From Chitinophagales bacterium (GTDB lineage Bacteria; Bacteroidota; Bacteroidia; Chitinophagales; BACL12), in contig DAIMYJ010000002.1 in assembly GCA_036734545.1 (NCBI GenBank), positions 1 to 60,654 on the forward strand: a DNA stretch of 60,654 nt, given 5' to 3'. The notes under the pieces are model-generated. The model was not told the origin of the DNA. It saw only the letters and a list, made by a program, of their open reading frames with translations, and did no database searches. Position 1 is the first letter of the stretch. Every line of letters starts with the position of its first letter. Positions 27,413 to 35,934 of this stretch are shown here, in pieces. Both the position numbers and the translations under genes were made by a program.

Positions 27413-27420
27413 CAAAGTTA
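27413..27420 (-). promoter_or_regulatory. Candidate -7 promoter box (TAACTTTG on the minus strand) for hppA
   Basis: Plus-strand CAAAGTTA is TAnnTTTG on the minus strand, about 34 nt upstream of the trimmed start. Confidence 0.5.
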
Positions 27421-27549
27421 CCCTTCCCCCTCGTGATTTCGAAATAAGACCCGTATTTCTTTGCGCACGGGTAAGCAGGGCAACGATGCAGGCATGAAAA
27501 TAAAATTTGTATTTTGCGCTCCGAATTTCAGAACAACCATTTCAGCTAT

Positions 27550-29232
27550 ATGTCAAAGAATCAGGAATCCTGGGGGTCGAGAATAGGCCTTATCCTCGCC
27601 ATGGCAGGTAATGCCGTGGGCTTGGGCAACTTTCTCCGATTCCCCGTGCAGGCCATCCAGAACGGTGGTGGCGCATTCATAATTCCCTATCTGGTGTGCT
27701 TCCTCCTCATGGGTATCCCCCTGCTGTGGATCGAATGGGCTACGGGCCGCTTCGGCGGTGTGCGCGGACACCACAGCACGCCCTTTATCCTGGATGCCAT
27801 GGATAAAAGGAAATTCTGGAAATACATCGGCGTGTTCGGTATTTTCACCAACCTCGCCGTGGCCGCCTACTATTGCTACCTGGAGTCCTGGACGCTGAAT
27901 TATGTGTGGAACTCGATATCAGGTACCTTCCGTGGACAGTCGGCCGAGTATGTGAGCGGATACTTCAATAATTATGTGAACGCCGGCGATGCCCACCAGC
28001 ACTGGGCGGCATGGATCGCCGATAATCCGGCACCGGTGATATTTTGGGTGATATGCTTATTGCTGAATACCTGGATACTCTCCAAAGGATTGAGCGGCGG
28101 TGTGGAGAAGGTGGCCAAGATCGGTATGCCGTTGTTGATCGTGTTCGGTGTGTTCCTGGCCATTATGGCGGTATCGCTGAACTCCGGCGAGCATGGAGCC
28201 ATCAACGGCGGAGCAGTAGGCCTCAACTTCCTTTGGACCCCTGATTTCTCTACGATATGGAATCCCAAGGTCTGGCTGGCGGCGGCAGGACAAATATTCT
28301 TCACGTTGTCGGTGGGTATGGGCTCCATTCAGTGCTACGCATCCTATGTAAAAAAGAAGGACGACATCGCCCTGAACGCCATGAGTGCCGGATGGATGAA
28401 CGAATTCGTGGAAGTAGTACTCGGAGCAGCTATCATCATCCCCATCAGCGTAGGCTATCTCGGTATCGATAGAGTAGTGGAAATGACCCGCACCGGTGGT
28501 CTGGGCCTCGGTTTCCGTACCCTGCCTTACCTGTTCGAACAATGGGGCACCGTGCTGGCCGTGATCTGCGGCGTGTTCTGGTTCGGATTGCTCTTCTTCG
28601 CAGGGATCACTTCCTCGCTCGCAATGGGAACTCCCTGGATGGGCTTCATGACGGATGAATTCGGATGGAGTCGCGAAAAAGGTGCCTGGAGTTTCGGTGC
28701 CATCGTACTCATCCTCGGTCTGCCTACCGTGCTCTTCTTTAATCAGGGTGTGTTCGATGAATATGATTATTGGGCAGGGACCGTTTCGCTTGTAGTGTTC
28801 GCATTAGGTGAGACCATTTTATTCGCCTGGATATTCGGCATGGACAAAGGATGGCAGGAGATCAACGCAGGTGGTGATATCCGCGTTCCCAACGTATATA
28901 AATTCATTATCAAATATGTTACGCCGGTATTATTGCTGTTCGTATTCCTTGGTGCGCTCATCACCCCTGAAGGCAACGACTGGGTGAATGCATTTCAGAA
29001 CGGATGGACGCTCGATAACGGATCCATCATCAAACAAATATCGAACGCCGGTGTAAAAGATCAGATCGATGCTGCGCGGAGTGCTGGTGATAATGCCACC
29101 GCCGATGCACTGCAACAAAAACTGGTGTATGTGAACATTGCCCGATTACTGCTGCTCGCCGTATTCTTTGCGGTCGCCTGGCTGGTATATGTGGCTTATC
29201 GTAAACGTAAAAAAGAAGGGAGGTTAGCATGA
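27550..29232 (+). CDS. Neurotransmitter:sodium symporter (NSS/SNF) family transporter
   Basis: The ORF-track start was trimmed to the ATG at 27550 (MSKNQESWGSRIGLILAMAGNAVGLGNFLRFP, the hallmark NSS TM1 motif). About 12 TM segments. Confidence 0.88.
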   Translation: MSKNQESWGSRIGLILAMAGNAVGLGNFLRFPVQAIQNGGGAFIIPYLVCFLLMGIPLLWIEWATGRFGGVRGHHSTPFILDAMDKRKFWKYIGVFGIFTNLAVAAYYCYLESWTLNYVWNSISGTFRGQSAEYVSGYFNNYVNAGDAHQHWAAWIADNPAPVIFWVICLLLNTWILSKGLSGGVEKVAKIGMPLLIVFGVFLAIMAVSLNSGEHGAINGGAVGLNFLWTPDFSTIWNPKVWLAAAGQIFFTLSVGMGSIQCYASYVKKKDDIALNAMSAGWMNEFVEVVLGAAIIIPISVGYLGIDRVVEMTRTGGLGLGFRTLPYLFEQWGTVLAVICGVFWFGLLFFAGITSSLAMGTPWMGFMTDEFGWSREKGAWSFGAIVLILGLPTVLFFNQGVFDEYDYWAGTVSLVVFALGETILFAWIFGMDKGWQEINAGGDIRVPNVYKFIIKYVTPVLLLFVFLGALITPEGNDWVNAFQNGWTLDNGSIIKQISNAGVKDQIDAARSAGDNATADALQQKLVYVNIARLLLLAVFFAVAWLVYVAYRKRKKEGRLA

Positions 29233-29372
29233 GTACGATCGCACTAACAATGATGCTCATCACGGTGGGATTGGTCACCGTGATCACAGGATATTTTTTC
29301 TGGAAGGTGCTCACCACACCGCCCAGACAGGAGCCTGACTCCTATGAGGATAACGACGATCAGCCGCGGTAA
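29229..29372 (+). CDS. Small single-TM protein, MetS-like NSS transporter small subunit (below the ORF-track cutoff)
   Basis: 47 codons: MSTIALTMMLITVGLVTVITGYFFWKVLTTPPRQEPDSYEDNDDQPR. Its ATG overlaps the transporter's TGA (ATGA). It has one hydrophobic helix plus an acidic tail. Confidence 0.6.
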   Translation: MSTIALTMMLITVGLVTVITGYFFWKVLTTPPRQEPDSYEDNDDQPR

Positions 29373-29403
29373 GCGCTGAACAGCTTATGTTTTTCGCATC
29401 GGG

Positions 29404-30348
29404 ATGAAGGATGGATGCGAAATGCGAAAAACAGTCAAGAAATACCTGTACTTTACACGTGCCGAGCAGCGCACAGCGTTCGGTGTATTTGTGTGCATAC
29501 TCGCACTATTTGTAGTGCCTGAATGCATACCTCGCCGCACCGCAGTGCCCGATACACAACTGCAACAGCTGCTGGCTCTGCTGCCTGAACATACCGCGCA
29601 TACCGATTCGGCAAGTTCCGAACATCGCACATCAGATATCAATACGTCCGCTGCATTTTCTCAGATCGCTCAGGATAAAAAAGATGCTGCATACATCACG
29701 CCGTTCACACCCGCTCCTTTTATGCCCGATACGCTGACCACGGAAGAGTGGGTGCGCATGGGTGTGCCCGGGTTTGTCGCTGCGCGGATGGAAAAGTATC
29801 GTAGCAAAGGCGGGAAATTTCGCGATGCAGCCGACGTGCAAAAGATCTACGGATTTCCACCCGACGTATTCGAGTTGCTCATGCCCTACATGGTATTTGA
29901 AAAGGCTGCACCGGCTGCTGTATCGGCAGTGTCTGCTGCTTTCGATTACACAGGTCCTGTGGTGGACATGAATACCGCCACTGCTGAAGATTGGGCGCGT
30001 TTGGGCTTCGATGCCAACGAGATCATCCGCATCGAAAAATTCCGTGCACAGTGCGGCGGATTTTATAGTCCTGAACAGTTATATACCGTCTTCGGTATCC
30101 AGGCCACCCACATTCAGCGGGCCGAACCGTGGATGCAGGCAGATAAAAATTCGGTGATTAAAATCAATCTCAATACCGCTGATAGCGTAACTTTGGCTGC
30201 GCATGTCTATATTTCCGACGAATTAGCGGGAGCGATCATCCGGTATCGCAACACCACAGGTAAATACTACTCCGTACAGGAAGTGGCCAAGGTGCCGGGT
30301 ATGTATCCCGCTTTGTTGGAAAAACTCAAACCTTATCTGCGGCTATGA
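29404..30348 (+). CDS. Helix-hairpin-helix repeat protein (ComEA-like DNA-binding domain architecture)
   Basis: 314 aa (alternative ATG at 29422). N-terminal TM anchor, then repeated INLNTA / MNTATAEDW-type HhH modules. Confidence 0.65.
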   Translation: MKDGCEMRKTVKKYLYFTRAEQRTAFGVFVCILALFVVPECIPRRTAVPDTQLQQLLALLPEHTAHTDSASSEHRTSDINTSAAFSQIAQDKKDAAYITPFTPAPFMPDTLTTEEWVRMGVPGFVAARMEKYRSKGGKFRDAADVQKIYGFPPDVFELLMPYMVFEKAAPAAVSAVSAAFDYTGPVVDMNTATAEDWARLGFDANEIIRIEKFRAQCGGFYSPEQLYTVFGIQATHIQRAEPWMQADKNSVIKINLNTADSVTLAAHVYISDELAGAIIRYRNTTGKYYSVQEVAKVPGMYPALLEKLKPYLRL

Positions 30349-30875
30349 ACATTGAACAACAAATAAAAAAAGCCATTCGCGATGTGGCTGATTTCCCCAA
30401 GGAAGGCATCGTATTCAAGGATATCACCCCCTTACTCGCCGATCCGGGTTTGAGCGACCGCATCGGTGATGCATTGTTGCAGCGCGTCCAGGAATTGAAA
30501 CCCGATGCGATCGTGGCCATCGAAAGCCGCGGTTTCCTGTACGGTTTCCTCCTGGCGAATAAATTGCAGATTCCGTTCATTCCTGTTCGCAAAAAAGGAA
30601 AATTGCCCGGAGAAACACTGGAATATACCTATGACCTGGAGTATGGCAGCTCCACGGTAGAGATCCATGCGCGCGATATCCAGCCCGGCTGGCGTGTGCT
30701 GGTGCACGATGACCTGCTGGCGACCGGAGGTACTGCTCAGGCGGCAGCAGAATTGATATTGATGCAGGGCGCACATGTGGCAGGCTTTGCCTTTGTGGTT
30801 GAACTATCCTTCCTCCACGGTGTTAAAAAAATACAATCTTATTCCGACACTATTGTATCATTAGCCACCTATTGA
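30345..30875 (+). CDS. apt: Adenine phosphoribosyltransferase
   Basis: 176 aa. DFPKEGIVFKDITPLL and the PRPP loop VLVHDDLLATGGTA. ATGA overlap with the upstream gene. Confidence 0.93.
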   Translation: MNIEQQIKKAIRDVADFPKEGIVFKDITPLLADPGLSDRIGDALLQRVQELKPDAIVAIESRGFLYGFLLANKLQIPFIPVRKKGKLPGETLEYTYDLEYGSSTVEIHARDIQPGWRVLVHDDLLATGGTAQAAAELILMQGAHVAGFAFVVELSFLHGVKKIQSYSDTIVSLATY

Positions 30876-30883
30876 TAGCTTTG
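30853..30883 (+). promoter_or_regulatory. Candidate Bacteroidota promoter (TTG-N20-TAGCTTTG) for the acyl-CoA dehydrogenase gene
   Basis: -33-like TTG at 30853-30855 and TAnnTTTG at 30876-30883, 25 nt before the ATG at 30909. Confidence 0.55.
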
Positions 30884-30908
30884 CACGCTCCTTAAATAAA
30901 GCCTTTCC

Positions 30909-32048
30909 ATGTCATCTGCCATTTCTCACGACCTCGATATCATTGTTGCCTCTGCAAGAGAATTTGCAGAAAAATATGTTCGCCCGCACGTGATGGAGTG
31001 GGATGAGAGTCAGCATTTTCCTGCTGATGTCCTGCACAAAGCAGGGGAAATGGGATTCATGGGCGTGCTGGTGCCCGAAGCCTACGGAGGTTCCGGACTC
31101 GGCTACGTGGAATACATGCGTATCATTGAAGAGATCGCTGCGGTATGCGGCTCTATCGGACTTTCGGTGGCGGCGCATAACTCCCTGTGCACCGGTCATA
31201 TCCTGCAGTTCGGCAATGAGGAGCAGAAGCGTAAATACCTGCCGCTGCTCGCTTCCGGCGAATGGATCGGCGCGTGGGGACTTACCGAGCCCAACACCGG
31301 TTCAGACGCAGGCAATATGCAATGTGTGGCCACTCCTGAAGGCAACGAATGGGTGCTCAACGGCGCCAAGTGCTGGATCACCCACGGCAAATCCAGCAAC
31401 GTAATGGTGGTGATCGCCCGCACAGGTGCTCCCCGCACCTCCAACAACTGCACTGCTTTTGTGGTGGAGCGCGGAACCCCCGGTATGTCGGCAGGCAAGA
31501 AAGAAAATAAACTCGGCATGCGTGCCAGCGAGACCACAGAGGTGATCTTCGATAACTGCAGGATCTCCGATGCCCAGCGCTTAGGCGAAGTGGGAGAGGG
31601 CTTCAAGCAGGCCATGAAGGTCCTCGACGGAGGCCGTATCTCTATCGCCGCCCTCAGCCTCGGCATCGCCAAAGGAGCCTACCGCGCTGCCCTGAAATAC
31701 GCCAAGGAACGTCAGCAGTTCGGTCAGCCGATCTCCCAGTTCCAGGCCATTTCCTTTAAACTGGCCGATATGGCCACCCGCATCGAAGCTGCGGATCTGC
31801 TCACCCTCAAGGCGGCAGACCTGAAAAATAAAGGTCAGAAGGTGACCGAAGCCTCTGCCAAAGCCAAGTATTACGCCTCTGAAGTATGCGTGGCAGTAGC
31901 CACAGACGCTGTTCAGATCTTTGGCGGTTACGGCTATACCAAAGATTTCCCGGTAGAGAAGTTCTACCGCGACTCCAAACTCTGCACCATCGGTGAAGGG
32001 ACCTCCGAGATCCAGAAACTGGTGATCGCCCGCGAGATCCTTCGTTGA
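30909..32048 (+). CDS. Acyl-CoA dehydrogenase (short/medium-chain type)
   Basis: 379 aa. [11 protein letters not shown] motif, FGGYGY, and the catalytic-base region [16 protein letters not shown]. Confidence 0.9.
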   Translation: MSSAISHDLDIIVASAREFAEKYVRPHVMEWDESQHFPADVLHKAGEMGFMGVLVPEAYGGSGLGYVEYMRIIEEIAAVCGSIGLSVAAHNSLCTGHILQFGNEEQKRKYLPLLASGEWIGAWGLTEPNTGSDAGNMQCVATPEGNEWVLNGAKCWITHGKSSNVMVVIARTGAPRTSNNCTAFVVERGTPGMSAGKKENKLGMRASETTEVIFDNCRISDAQRLGEVGEGFKQAMKVLDGGRISIAALSLGIAKGAYRAALKYAKERQQFGQPISQFQAISFKLADMATRIEAADLLTLKAADLKNKGQKVTEASAKAKYYASEVCVAVATDAVQIFGGYGYTKDFPVEKFYRDSKLCTIGEGTSEIQKLVIAREILR

Positions 32049-32053
32049 TGCCG

Positions 32054-32085
32054 TTTGGAAATATTCTACGTATCTATTATCTTTG
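32054..32085 (+). promoter_or_regulatory. Candidate Bacteroidota promoter (TTTG-N20-TATCTTTG) for rpsU
   Basis: -33 TTTG at 32054-32057 and the -7 box at 32078-32085, 20 nt upstream of the rpsU ATG. Confidence 0.6.
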
Positions 32086-32105
32086 CACTCCCAAATATTG
32101 AACGA

Positions 32106-32303
32106 ATGCTCATCATTGACGCCAGAGAAGCGGAATCTATTGACAAGGCCCTGAAGAATTACAAGAAGAAATTCGAGAAAGCCGGTATTGTTAAGGAATT
32201 GCGCCGTCGCCAGTCTTTTACCAAGCCCTCTATCGAGCGCAGGCAGGAGATCATCAAAGCCCGTTACAAGCAGACTTTTGTAACTGAGGCTAACCAAGGT
32301 TGA
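32106..32303 (+). CDS. rpsU: 30S ribosomal protein S21
   Basis: Trimmed to the ATG at 32106, giving 65 aa. The sequence is basic (ESIDKALKNYKKKFEKAGIVKELRRRQSFTKPS) and typical of S21. Confidence 0.88.
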   Translation: MLIIDAREAESIDKALKNYKKKFEKAGIVKELRRRQSFTKPSIERRQEIIKARYKQTFVTEANQG

Positions 32304-32360
32304 TCCGACACCTTTTCAAGGTGCGTACACTGACCTCGCCCTGAGGCTCGTTGCATATAT

Positions 32361-33266
32361 ATGCACCTGGAGAGTTTTTATACCTATTTACAGTTTGAGC
32401 GTCGCTACAGCAGGCATACCCTCGACGCGTACCGGAATGATCTGGAAGCCTTTGGTGCGTTCATACGCGCCGAATACGGAGAAGGCGATCCTGATCTGAC
32501 CGACGTACACCACCGCCAGGTGCGCGCGTGGATCATTTCCCTGATGGAAAGCGGTGTGGCCGCACGCAGCGTGAACAGAAAGATCTCCGCCCTGAAGACC
32601 TACTACCGGTTCTGTATGCAGCAGAAAGTGATACGGAAGAATCCCATGACCCGCATCACCGCACCTAAAACCCCCAAGAACCTCCCGCTTTTCGTGGAAC
32701 GCAGCGGCATGCAGGAGTTGTTTTCGCTGGTGGAGAAGGACTATCCCGTGGAGACCGAGCAGCAGCGGTTCGTCCAGTTGCGCGATTCCGTGATCGTAGA
32801 GGTGCTCTACGCCACCGGTATGCGGCGCGGCGAACTGCTGGGGCTCACCGACCTGTCGATTGACCGCTCGAACCGCCAGGTAAAAGTGCTGGGTAAGGGT
32901 AATAAGGAGCGCATCATTCCCGTAAGTGAGAGCCTGATCGCGCTGGTAGACCGCTACATTGCCGAAAGAAAGCGGCTGTATGGCGGTGAAACGGCGTTCC
33001 TGGTGACCGCTGCGGGCAAGCCTGCTTATCCGCGCATGGTCTATACCGTGGTGCACCGCGTGCTGCAAAAGGTGACCACACTGACCCGCACCAGTCCGCA
33101 CGTTCTTCGACACACCTTTGCCACACACCTGAGCAACAACGGGGCAGAACTGAACGCGGTCAAGGAATTGCTGGGCCATGCCAGTTTGGCCAGTACGCAG
33201 GTGTATACGCACAATTCGATCGAGCAGCTAAAAAAGATACATAAACGTTCCCATCCTAAGGGCTAA
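32361..33266 (+). CDS. Tyrosine site-specific recombinase, XerC/XerD-like
   Basis: 301 aa. Full catalytic set is visible: R (ATGMRRGE), K (GKGNKERIIP), HxxR (LRHTFATH), H and Y (LLGHASLASTQVYTH). Confidence 0.85.
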   Translation: MHLESFYTYLQFERRYSRHTLDAYRNDLEAFGAFIRAEYGEGDPDLTDVHHRQVRAWIISLMESGVAARSVNRKISALKTYYRFCMQQKVIRKNPMTRITAPKTPKNLPLFVERSGMQELFSLVEKDYPVETEQQRFVQLRDSVIVEVLYATGMRRGELLGLTDLSIDRSNRQVKVLGKGNKERIIPVSESLIALVDRYIAERKRLYGGETAFLVTAAGKPAYPRMVYTVVHRVLQKVTTLTRTSPHVLRHTFATHLSNNGAELNAVKELLGHASLASTQVYTHNSIEQLKKIHKRSHPKG

Positions 33267-33298
33267 GTATGTAATTTCGCCACCCCAAAGCAATAGAA

Positions 33299-33598
33299 AT
33301 GGAAGTGACCATACAATCCATCCGATTTGATGCCGACCAGAAGTTGCTGGAGTTGATCCGGACGAGTTTGGAAAAGGTGAGCCGCTTTGATGGCGGTATT
33401 CCTGAGGCACAGGTGTATATGAAATTAGACGCCGACCACGGTGGATATCATTCCAAGGTATTGGAGATCAAGTTGATGAAGCCCGGTAAGACCATAGTGG
33501 CCAAGGCACAACGTGCGACCTTTGAGGAAGCGCTGGATGAAGCCCTGGAAGCCGCTTTGGTGCAGGTGAAGAAGCTTCGCGACAAGGAGAAAGGGTAG
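33299..33598 (+). CDS. hpf: Ribosome hibernation/translation-inhibition factor (short HPF/RaiA family)
   Basis: 99 aa. Size, charge pattern and conserved position between the xer-like gene and the tRNA-tuf cluster fit short HPF. Confidence 0.75.
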   Translation: MEVTIQSIRFDADQKLLELIRTSLEKVSRFDGGIPEAQVYMKLDADHGGYHSKVLEIKLMKPGKTIVAKAQRATFEEALDEALEAALVQVKKLRDKEKG

Positions 33599-33633
33599 TA
33601 GGCAAGAAAAAATCGTTCCATTTTTTTCCAGTT

Positions 33634-33666
33634 TTTGCACATATCCGCAAAAACTCCGTATATTTG
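33634..33666 (+). promoter_or_regulatory. Candidate Bacteroidota promoter (TTTG-N21-TATATTTG) for the tRNA-tuf transcription unit
   Basis: -33 TTTG at 33634-33637 and the -7 box at 33659-33666. It is embedded in the inverted repeat CCGCAAA/TTTGCGG. Confidence 0.6.
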
Positions 33667-33851
33667 CGGGCGTTTTTCCTGAAAGTGGGGAATACGGATC
33701 GTTTCTTTGAAACAAGAGTTGGTAAAAGGCTAATGTAGCTCGAACCGGAATTTTCCTTCCGGAGACCATGATCCTCAAGGGTTTATGTGTCCTGGCGAGC
33801 ACCCTGATCACCAATCGGCACCACGCAGCTGAGCAGAAAGAGATTTTGTTT

Positions 33852-33924
33852 GCCAATGTAGCTCAGTTGGTAGAGCTGCTGATTTGTAATCAGCCGGTCG
33901 GCGGTTCGAGTCCGTCCATTGGCT
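33852..33924 (+). tRNA. tRNA-Thr (anticodon TGT)
   Basis: Manual cloverleaf. Acceptor GCCAATG/CATTGGC, anticodon stem GCTGA/TCAGC with loop TT-TGT-AA, T loop TTCGAGT. 73 nt with no encoded CCA. Confidence 0.9.
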
Positions 33925-33933
33925 CTTGGCGGA

Positions 33934-34016
33934 GGGAAGATTCCAGAGTGGCCAAATGGGGCAGACTGTAAATCTGTTGTCTTACGACTTCGGTGGTTCG
34001 AATCCACCTCTTCCCA
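33934..34016 (+). tRNA. tRNA-Tyr (anticodon GTA), long variable arm
   Basis: Acceptor GGGAAGA/TCTTCCC, anticodon stem GCAGA/TCTGT with loop CT-GTA-AA, long variable arm, T arm GGTGG-TTCGAAT-CCACC. Confidence 0.88.
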
Positions 34017-34131
34017 CTATCCTTCAGTTCTTTGAAACTGAGAAACTACGCCGAAAGCACTATTGCTACATGGGCATTCTGCCCATCAGCATACCTGTCT
34101 TCGTAAGTTTTTCAGTCGGTATTGTATTTAA

Positions 34132-34207
34132 GCGGGAGTAGCTCAGTTGGTAGAGCGTCAGCCTTCCAAGCTGAATGTCGCGGGTTCGAGTCTCGTCTCC
34201 CGCTCCA
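34132..34207 (+). tRNA. tRNA-Gly (anticodon TCC), CCA encoded
   Basis: Acceptor GCGGGAG/CTCCCGC, anticodon stem TCAGC/GCTGA with loop CT-TCC-AA, T loop TTCGAGT. Confidence 0.9.
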
Positions 34208-34232
34208 CCACCGAAATGCAAATTAGTTACCA

Positions 34233-34308
34233 GCCAATGTAGCTCAGTTGGTAGAGCACATCCATGGTAAGGATGAGGTCACCAGTTCGATCCTGGTCAT
34301 TGGCTCCA
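34233..34308 (+). tRNA. tRNA-Thr (anticodon GGT), CCA encoded
   Basis: Acceptor GCCAATG/CATTGGC, anticodon stem CATCC/GGATG with loop AT-GGT-AA, T loop TTCGATC. Confidence 0.9.
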
Positions 34309-34397
34309 AACACCTGCCCGGTGTTCCTTCGGGAGAAAAGGCAATAAAAAGCAACAATTTAAACACAACAATACACTAAGTTCTAAATTGAATAAAA

Positions 34398-35585
34398 ATG
34401 GCAAAAGAAACATTTGTACGTTCTAAACCCCACGTGAACATCGGAACGATCGGCCACGTGGACCACGGTAAGACCACTCTTACCTCTGCGATCACCTATG
34501 TTCTTTCTGAGAAGGGTCTTGCCCAGCGGAAAGACTACGATTCGATCGATGCTGCTCCTGAAGAAAAAGAAAGGGGTATCACCATCAACACCGCTCACGT
34601 GGAATACGAAACGGAAAACCGTCACTATGCCCACGTTGACTGTCCCGGTCACGCCGACTATGTGAAGAACATGGTTACCGGTGCTGCTCAGATGGACGGT
34701 GCGATCCTTGTGGTTGCTGCTACCGACGGTCCGATGCCTCAGACCCGCGAGCACATCCTGCTTGCTCGTCAGGTAGGTGTTCCTGCCATCGTGGTGTTCA
34801 TGAACAAAGTTGACCTGGTTGACGATCCTGAACTGCTCGACCTCGTTGAGATGGAAGTGCGTGACCTGTTGAGCTTCTACAGCTTCCCCGGTGATACCAT
34901 TTCTATCATCAAAGGATCTGCACTGAAGGCACTGGAAGGTGACGCTGGTGGTAAGCAGGCGATCATGGATCTGATGGCAGCCGTGGATAACGACATTCCG
35001 ATTCCTCCGCGACTGGTTGACCAGCCGTTCCTGATGCCGGTTGAAGACGTATTCTCTATCACCGGACGTGGTACCGTTGCTACCGGCCGTATCGAGCGCG
35101 GTATCATCAACACAGGCGATGCCGTTGATATCATCGGTTTGACCGCTGAATCACTGAAATCTACCGTTACAGGTGTGGAAATGTTCCGTAAACTCCTCGA
35201 TCGCGGTGAGGCCGGCGACAACGCAGGTCTGCTGCTTCGCGGTGTGGAAAAAGACCAGATCAAGCGCGGTATGGTTATCTGTAAGCCGGGTTCCGTAACT
35301 CCGCACACTGAATTCAAGTGCGAGGTTTACGTACTGAAGAAAGAAGAAGGTGGTCGTCATACCCCGTTCTTCAACAAGTACCGTCCGCAGTTCTATTTCC
35401 GTCCCACTGACGTTACCGGTGAGATCACTCTGCCGGAAGGTGTAGAAATGGTTATGCCCGGTGACAACATCACCATGACCGTAAAACTGATCTATCCGAT
35501 CGCGATGGAGAAAAACCTCCGCTTCGCTATCCGTGAAGGTGGTCGTACGGTAGGTGCCGGTCAGGTAACTGAAATTTTGAAATAA
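34398..35585 (+). CDS. tuf: Translation elongation factor Tu
   Basis: 395 aa. [22 protein letters not shown] and SALKALEGD motifs. Confidence 0.98.
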   Translation: MAKETFVRSKPHVNIGTIGHVDHGKTTLTSAITYVLSEKGLAQRKDYDSIDAAPEEKERGITINTAHVEYETENRHYAHVDCPGHADYVKNMVTGAAQMDGAILVVAATDGPMPQTREHILLARQVGVPAIVVFMNKVDLVDDPELLDLVEMEVRDLLSFYSFPGDTISIIKGSALKALEGDAGGKQAIMDLMAAVDNDIPIPPRLVDQPFLMPVEDVFSITGRGTVATGRIERGIINTGDAVDIIGLTAESLKSTVTGVEMFRKLLDRGEAGDNAGLLLRGVEKDQIKRGMVICKPGSVTPHTEFKCEVYVLKKEEGGRHTPFFNKYRPQFYFRPTDVTGEITLPEGVEMVMPGDNITMTVKLIYPIAMEKNLRFAIREGGRTVGAGQVTEILK

Positions 35586-35600
35586 TCAAAACGAACAGAC

Positions 35601-35630
35601 AGGGATCCGTGATGAACGGATCCCTTTTTC
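35601..35630 (+). terminator. Intrinsic terminator/attenuator hairpin between tuf and tRNA-Trp
   Basis: AGGGATCCGT-GATGA-ACGGATCCCT perfect 10-bp stem plus T5. It ends 4 nt before the tRNA-Trp 5' end. Confidence 0.75.
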
Positions 35631-35634
35631 CCAA

Positions 35635-35707
35635 ACGGGTGTAGCTCAATTGGTAGAGTGGCGGTCTCCAAAACCGCAGGCTGGGAGTTCGAGCCTCTCC
35701 ACCCGTG
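35635..35707 (+). tRNA. tRNA-Trp (anticodon CCA)
   Basis: Acceptor ACGGGTG/CACCCGT, anticodon stem GCGGT/ACCGC with loop CT-CCA-AA, T arm GGGAG-TTCGAGC-CTCTC. Confidence 0.9.
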
Positions 35708-35722
35708 CATCAAGCAAACGAT

Positions 35723-35914
35723 ATGAATAAGATCAGAGCATTTTTCAGCGAAGCATACCAGGAACTGCGGTATAAGGTAAGCTGGCCTACATGGCCGGAA
35801 TTGCAGTCCAGCACCCAGTTGGTGCTCGTAGCGTTCCTGATCATTTCCGTAGTGGTTTTCATTATGGACCTGTCTTCCAAGGAATTGCTTGACCTGTTCT
35901 ATGGTTTATTCTAA
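35723..35914 (+). CDS. secE: Preprotein translocase subunit SecE
   Basis: Trimmed to the ATG at 35723, giving 63 aa. KVSWPTWPEL motif plus a single C-terminal TM helix. Canonical position before nusG. Confidence 0.85.
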   Translation: MNKIRAFFSEAYQELRYKVSWPTWPELQSSTQLVLVAFLIISVVVFIMDLSSKELLDLFYGLF

Positions 35915-35934
35915 TTCAACCCCACGCTCGACCG

